Shown: positions 59,295 to 64,000 of the stretch, piece by piece
Numbering within the stretch: the stretch's first letter is position 1
Layout of the letters: each line of letters starts with the position of its first letter
DNA from: an uncultured Bacteroidota bacterium
GTDB lineage: Bacteria; Bacteroidota; Ignavibacteria; UBA10030; UBA6906
Direction of reading: 5' to 3'
Assembly: GCA_963700635.1 (NCBI GenBank)
Contig: CAVOYH010000003.1
Span: forward strand, 128,001-192,000
Length of the DNA: 64,000 bases
Made by a program: the position numbers and the translations under genes
Notes under the pieces: model-generated
What the model saw: the letters and a program-made list of their open reading frames with translations, nothing else
What the model was told of the DNA's origin: nothing
The model's database searches: none

Positions 59295-60083
59295 TCACAT
59301 ATTCTCGCCGCGGCGGATGGTCCAGAAGTCGTCGGAGAGATTTCGATCATCAAGATATGCGTACGGCATCGTGTAGTACCCCTTCTTCCCCCACCGGACA
59401 CCCCAGGAGTTGCGTACAAGGAAATGCTGCGCGGAAGTATCGTACCCCACGGCCATGACCGCGTGCCCTCCCAGAAGACGCTCCTCAGGGCCCGGCATCA
59501 CGGCGATCCCCGTCGTGGCAACATCACCTGCTTCAAAGCTCTCGTACACGGAAAAACCGAAGACAAACGGAAAACCGTCGGCAAGACAATCGAGCATTTC
59601 GTTGAGTGTCAGGAGACGTTCGTACAACGTGATCTGATGATCCATCCCCTCTTTGTAGCATGCCTTGGTGGGTTTGCGCCTGAAGCGGCTGATCGTATGC
59701 GGCCACAGTTTCTCGGAGCACACACCCTGAGCGGCAAGCGTTTTGATGCCGTCCCGCAATGTCGCACCTGAGTCCCACCGCGTAGTTCCGATCAGGGCTC
59801 GTTCATTATAATAGACGAACAACCGGCTGAGGTCCTTGAATACCACCTGATCCTTGAGTTCGAGATATTCCATTGCGCCGACGAGTGCCTGCGCGGTGCA
59901 ACTCCCGAGTGATCCCTGATCTTCGATGGGTGAGCAGTGTGTTCGAAGATCAACCGAGGAGGGTAAAGCCGGCGGCACCGCATGCCGGACACCGTACAGA
60001 AAATCCCGTTGATCGGGGAGGTCGGGTAACCATCCGAACGTATGGCGGCGCGGTGTGCGGCGGGAACGGGATCGTCTGGGCAT
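59295..60083 (-). CDS. C1 (papain-like, xylellain-type) cysteine peptidase
   Basis: GWLPDLPDQRD, VDLR, DQGSLGSCTA (Gln, Cys), SRLFVYYNER, GGHAVMAVGY (His), RNSWG (Asn). Confidence 0.93.
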   Translation of the reverse strand: MPRRSRSRRTPRRHTFGWLPDLPDQRDFLYGVRHAVPPALPSSVDLRTHCSPIEDQGSLGSCTAQALVGAMEYLELKDQVVFKDLSRLFVYYNERALIGTTRWDSGATLRDGIKTLAAQGVCSEKLWPHTISRFRRKPTKACYKEGMDHQITLYERLLTLNEMLDCLADGFPFVFGFSVYESFEAGDVATTGIAVMPGPEERLLGGHAVMAVGYDTSAQHFLVRNSWGVRWGKKGYYTMPYAYLDDRNLSDDFWTIRRGENM

Positions 60084-60106
60084 AAACGCCTCCGGGAGGT
60101 TCTCCG

Positions 60107-60135
60107 AATATAGGCAAGGGAGGAGGGGAAGTCAA
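60107..60135 (-). promoter_or_regulatory. Sigma70-type promoter for C1 peptidase-pbpC-A2M
   Basis: Minus strand TTGACT-N17-TATATT. Confidence 0.7.
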
Positions 60136-60147
60136 TACAACGGTATT

Positions 60148-60176
60148 TTGCAATTCGTTTCATTTCTTCGTAATTT
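60148..60176 (+). promoter_or_regulatory. Putative divergent sigma70-type promoter for the aminotransferase operon
   Basis: TTGCAA-N17-TAATTT; supports a start at ATG 60200 rather than 60176. Confidence 0.55.
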
Positions 60177-60199
60177 TGGTCGATGAGTACACGAGACGT

Positions 60200-61405
60200 A
60201 TGACTCTTCTTCCCCGCCCCCTTCTTGATCGCGCACGGTCCCTCTTCCCCTACCTGGCCGGCGGCCGAATCTACCTGAACCATGCAGGAACAAGTCCGCT
60301 CTCAACACGCGTTGCTGATGTTCTGTCAAAACATGTGCAGGAGCGTGTAACTGGCGGGCTTGACACGTACGAGGCGGACATTGCCATGGTACAATCGTGG
60401 CGAAAGGTGGTGCAAGAACTGATCAATGCGGAGGCGCCGGAACGTATCGCATTCCAGATGAATACATCCGATGCGCTCAATCTCGTGGCCGCCGGACTCC
60501 CCTGGCGCGACGGAGACCATGTGCTCCTCAATGATGCGGAATTCCCTGCAAATCTTTATCCGTTTCTGCATTTGCGACGCCATGGCGTCCGCGTGGATAT
60601 GCTCCCCACCATTGATGGAGTTGTCACAGCGGATGTCATTGCCCGTGCACTTACCCCCGGAACCCGGCTTCTCTCCCTGAGCGCCGTTCAGTTTCTTTCC
60701 GGGTACCGCGCAGACATGCGTGAAATAGGTGAGTTATGCCGTTCGCGGGGAGTCATTTTTGTCGTGGATGGTATTCAGGCGGTTGGTGCGGTGCCGGTCG
60801 ATGTACAGCACCTGCGCATTGATGCCCTCGCTGCCGGTGCACAAAAATGGCAGATGGGCCCTCAGGGAACGGGGTTCCTCTATGTTTCCGAAGATCTTCA
60901 GGAACGGATCCAGCAACAGCACAGGGGATGGCTTTCGGTTGCATCTCCCTGGAACTTCCGTCACCTGGAACAACCCCTCGCCCCATCAGCCCGGCGTTAC
61001 GAAGGAGGGACGCTGAACATCGCCGGCATGTATGCGATGCGGGAGGCTATCACAATCCTCCAGGAATTCGGTATCAACACGATTGCCGATCAGATTTGCG
61101 GGCTGACGGAGGTCCTTATGCGCGAACTCGCCATACTCCCCGGCGTCCGGATCATCACACCACCTGATTCCGTCCACCGCGCAGGCATTGTCACCGTACA
61201 ACCACCCGACGGTGCGCATGCGGAACGTATCGCCGGGCAGCTCAAAACACGGGGTATTACCATCGCCGTGAGAGAAGGGCTTCTCCGGTTCTCGCCCCAC
61301 TTTTACAATAGTGCGGAGGAGATGCTCCGAACTGCCGACGAGGTGAGGAAAATCCTGGAATCAAAAACAGAGGCGTCAGAGGCGGAACACGGGGGGCGAC
61401 AATGA
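60200..61405 (+). CDS. Class V aminotransferase-fold PLP enzyme (no desulfurase catalytic Cys evident)
   Basis: IYLNHAGTSP, NTSDALN, EFPAN, VVDGIQAVG, AGAQKWQMGPQGTG (PLP Lys), RRYEGGT, LRFSPHFYN. Confidence 0.9.
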   Translation: MTLLPRPLLDRARSLFPYLAGGRIYLNHAGTSPLSTRVADVLSKHVQERVTGGLDTYEADIAMVQSWRKVVQELINAEAPERIAFQMNTSDALNLVAAGLPWRDGDHVLLNDAEFPANLYPFLHLRRHGVRVDMLPTIDGVVTADVIARALTPGTRLLSLSAVQFLSGYRADMREIGELCRSRGVIFVVDGIQAVGAVPVDVQHLRIDALAAGAQKWQMGPQGTGFLYVSEDLQERIQQQHRGWLSVASPWNFRHLEQPLAPSARRYEGGTLNIAGMYAMREAITILQEFGINTIADQICGLTEVLMRELAILPGVRIITPPDSVHRAGIVTVQPPDGAHAERIAGQLKTRGITIAVREGLLRFSPHFYNSAEEMLRTADEVRKILESKTEASEAEHGGRQ

Positions 61406-61761
61406 AATTTGGAGCGCGCATTCTGGTCATCGACGACAATCCTGAAGCCCGCGAACTTCTGAAGGTGGTTCTGGAGGAAAAAGGCTATTCCATTATGGAA
61501 GCGGAGAATGGGGAGCAGGCGCTTGATGTGATGAGCAAGACGCTGGTCCACATGGCTATTGTGGACCTTGACATGCCCAGGATGAACGGCATTGAGTTCT
61601 CCAAACGCGCCAAGGCAGCCAACCCCGCCTTCCCCATTATTATGGTCACGGCGTATTCACAATTTTATTCTCCGGCCGAAATTCTCGCCTCCGGCATTGA
61701 TGCGTTTCTGCAGAAACCCATCGACCTCAATCGGCTCCTCAAGGCCATCGAACAGTTGTAG
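61402..61761 (+). CDS. Single-domain response regulator (CheY-like receiver)
   Basis: ILVIDD, DLDMPRMNG, IIMVTAY, FLQKP; ATGA overlap with the upstream gene. Confidence 0.92.
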   Translation: MKFGARILVIDDNPEARELLKVVLEEKGYSIMEAENGEQALDVMSKTLVHMAIVDLDMPRMNGIEFSKRAKAANPAFPIIMVTAYSQFYSPAEILASGIDAFLQKPIDLNRLLKAIEQL

Positions 61762-61765
61762 AAGA

Positions 61766-62632
61766 CTACTTCCTCATCACAATAAGCACCACTCCCACAA
61801 CGATAATAAGCGCGGAGACGATTATTCTCCCGGTCATCTCCTCGCCTCCCAGGGTCCACCCGAGCACAACCGCAATAACCGGATTCACATAGGCGTAGGT
61901 TGAGACCCGTGCAGGCGTCGAGACACCGAGCAGCCACGTATAGGCAGTAAATGCCAGGAGAGAGCCGAAGAGGAAAAGATAGCCCAGTGCGAGCAACGAC
62001 TTGGCTGACACCGTTGCAGGGTCGAGGCGAAATGGTTCACCCACGATTGTGCTGAACACCAGCAGCATGCCGCCGCCGGCCAGCATTTCGATTGCCGTGG
62101 CCATAAACGGCGACGATGGTAACACTGCGCGCCGTGAATAGAGCGAGCCCCACGCCCAGGAAATGGTCGCAATCATCAGCACCAGGATGCCGCTGATCGG
62201 GAATCCACCGCCGGTCAGAATGCGGTCCGGTCCGATGAGCAACACAACTCCGCACAAACCGATGATCAGTCCTATGACAATGTGCCGGCTGGGCCGGACG
62301 CCGCCGAAGAAGAGCCAGTCAATCACGACAAACCAGAACGGGGTGGTGCTGATCAGCAAGGCCGTAACGCCGGACGGAATACTCTGTTCGGCCCATGTGA
62401 CGCCGCCGTTGCCCACGAGCAGAAGAAGACTCCCTATGACTGCGGCTGATCGCCATTGGAGGAGCGTGGGCAACGGAGAACCACGGCGCAACTCCCAGAG
62501 AAACAACAAAGATCCGGCGAGCACAAACCGGACGCCCGCCATCAGAAACGGGGGCAAGGTCTCAACACCAAACCGTATCGCAAGATACGTGGAACCCCAG
62601 ATGACGTACACCGTCACGAAGGCCAGGAGCAC
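61766..62632 (-). CDS. EamA/DMT family transporter (YedA-like); the start may lie further upstream
   Basis: VYVIWGSTYLAIR, PPFLMAGVRF, GNGGVTWAEQ, STYAYVNPVIAV; about 10 TM helices. Confidence 0.92.
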   Translation of the reverse strand: MLLAFVTVYVIWGSTYLAIRFGVETLPPFLMAGVRFVLAGSLLFLWELRRGSPLPTLLQWRSAAVIGSLLLLVGNGGVTWAEQSIPSGVTALLISTTPFWFVVIDWLFFGGVRPSRHIVIGLIIGLCGVVLLIGPDRILTGGGFPISGILVLMIATISWAWGSLYSRRAVLPSSPFMATAIEMLAGGGMLLVFSTIVGEPFRLDPATVSAKSLLALGYLFLFGSLLAFTAYTWLLGVSTPARVSTYAYVNPVIAVVLGWTLGGEEMTGRIIVSALIIVVGVVLIVMRK

Positions 62633-62705
62633 CTTTACCTGTGAAGGTGCGGCAGCGTTATCAGCGGGTGGTATGATGTGCGCGGCTCCGTTCTACCTGT
62701 CGTGT

Positions 62706-64000
62706 TTACTTTTCCGGATTAAGGATCTTTGTGATCCGGTACCTGCAATCCTGGATGTGTGCGCGCATCTCGCGGTCCGCGGCGTTTGGCAACGCACTGG
62801 CAAGGAGCGCATCCAGGTCGTGCAGTTCAGCCCGCATGATCGCGCGTGCTTCTCCTGGCAGCGGGGTGCTCATGCTCATCACCACTGCCGCCGGCATGCC
62901 CGCCGGGGCAGACGGGACCGGTGGCGGATTCAGCTTCGTGTTCAGCAGGTCCAGATAAGCGCGCTGCAGATTCCGGCGATAGAGGTCCGCAGACACCTTC
63001 CTGCCTCCCAGTTCGGTCCAGATCCCTGTGCGCACGTCAGCCATCATCTCACTTAACCGGTACGGCCGGTACGATGTTCCGGGAAGCGCCTGTATGTTCA
63101 CGATGCGGGCCAGCCGCCCGTTGTCCAGCAGGGTGGCAAGCACGTTCCGTTGGCCCTGCAACACACGCTCGGCGGTCCCGCTGGGTTCGATGAGCGCAAG
63201 GATGTCAGGTTTCAGGATTTCCAGGGGGGTACGAAACGCATCAGTAACAAGGAGACCCACGGCTTCCTTCTGCTTTTCGCGCGGGACAGGGTCATACACA
63301 GCGCCCTGCTGCCCCGCTACCCGTCGGGTCCGGGTCACCCCGCCCACAACATTCGCCACGTGACCGAGTTCCCGGTTTCGTTGACCGATCAACTCCTGGT
63401 ACAGCTCGCGCAGCAGACTGTAGTCTTCTCCCTCCTCCGTTGTTGCAGAAAGCAGAAAGTCCGCAACACGCGCAATATTCTTCAGACCATACCGTGTTGC
63501 CGCAACGGCGTCTGCCCCCAGGTCTTCCGTTTGTGCGGACGGATCAACGCCGTCTGCGTCGCCGAAACGCAAATAGGGCTCTGTTTCCTGACGTGCAGCA
63601 ATGCGGTTAAGATGTGGACGTTCCTCATCCGGAGTGTCGACGCCCCGGAAGGGTCTGTATCCCCATTCGACGGCGAACAGATCATACGGACCAATTTTCG
63701 GAATCAGATATGCGTCATCACCCGGTTGCGCGATATAGTTGAACCGGCCATAATCCATGATCGACGCTTCCGTACCATAGTGTTGCGTAAAGGTGCGGCT
63801 TCGCAGGCTGTCCACCGGATACATCGATGTTGCCTTCATGTTATGGGGAAAGCCGAGGGAATGCCCGACCTCATGCGCGGCAATATACAGCAGCAGTTCT
63901 CCCAGCAAATCATCGGGCAATGGGAGCTTCTGCGCCCGACGGTCAACCGCACCCGCCTGCACCATATACCAGTTGCGGGCGAGACTCATGACATTGTGGA
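62706..64000 (-). CDS. Zinc-dependent metalloprotease (Met-zincin, DUF4953/EcxA-like); N-terminus lies beyond the right edge
   Basis: AHEVGHSLGFPHNM (HExxHxxGxxH), ASIMDY (Met-turn), IGPYD.FAVEWGY. Confidence 0.88.
   Translation of the reverse strand, partial: HNVMSLARNWYMVQAGAVDRRAQKLPLPDDLLGELLLYIAAHEVGHSLGFPHNMKATSMYPVDSLRSRTFTQHYGTEASIMDYGRFNYIAQPGDDAYLIPKIGPYDLFAVEWGYRPFRGVDTPDEERPHLNRIAARQETEPYLRFGDADGVDPSAQTEDLGADAVAATRYGLKNIARVADFLLSATTEEGEDYSLLRELYQELIGQRNRELGHVANVVGGVTRTRRVAGQQGAVYDPVPREKQKEAVGLLVTDAFRTPLEILKPDILALIEPSGTAERVLQGQRNVLATLLDNGRLARIVNIQALPGTSYRPYRLSEMMADVRTGIWTELGGRKVSADLYRRNLQRAYLDLLNTKLNPPPVPSAPAGMPAAVVMSMSTPLPGEARAIMRAELHDLDALLASALPNAADREMRAHIQDCRYRITKILNPEK

Noticed and set aside
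60200-61405. Cysteine desulfurase (IscS/SufS)
   Set aside because: The catalytic Cys loop (SGSAC or RxGHHCA) is absent; the region reads IAVREGLLRFSPH.

Overview
High-GC bacterial DNA from an FCB-group organism with a type IX secretion system (T9SS). It uses sigma70-like TTGACA/TATATT promoters and Shine-Dalgarno sites, which points to an Ignavibacteria-like lineage rather than classical Bacteroidia (inference). About 1-49.5 kb is one large envelope-substrate locus. It holds three divergent copies of a gene triad (TonB-dependent receptor -> large secreted protein with an atypical T9SS-like C-terminal domain -> its own PorV/PorQ-family barrel) with no SusD. It also holds eight more canonical T9SS cargo proteins and enzymes predicted to act on most peptidoglycan bond types (GHL10/DigH-like, GH18, M23, NlpC/P60, Ala-Glu epimerase, D-Ala-D-Ala dipeptidase, class A beta-lactamase-fold hydrolase), plus a NagX/HGSNAT-like membrane protein and a sodium:solute symporter. 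I read it as a candidate SusD-independent, T9SS-built peptidoglycan utilization locus. The rest (49.8-64 kb) is envelope-stress and housekeeping: asparaginase domain, LiaI/LiaF-like pair with an ECF promoter, C1 protease-pbpC-alpha-2-macroglobulin, class V aminotransferase, response regulator, EamA transporter and a Met-zincin. Four genes are broken by single +1 insertions, probably sequencing errors. I saw no rRNA, tRNA, CRISPR array or mobile element. All family assignments come from motif recognition by eye; no searches were run.
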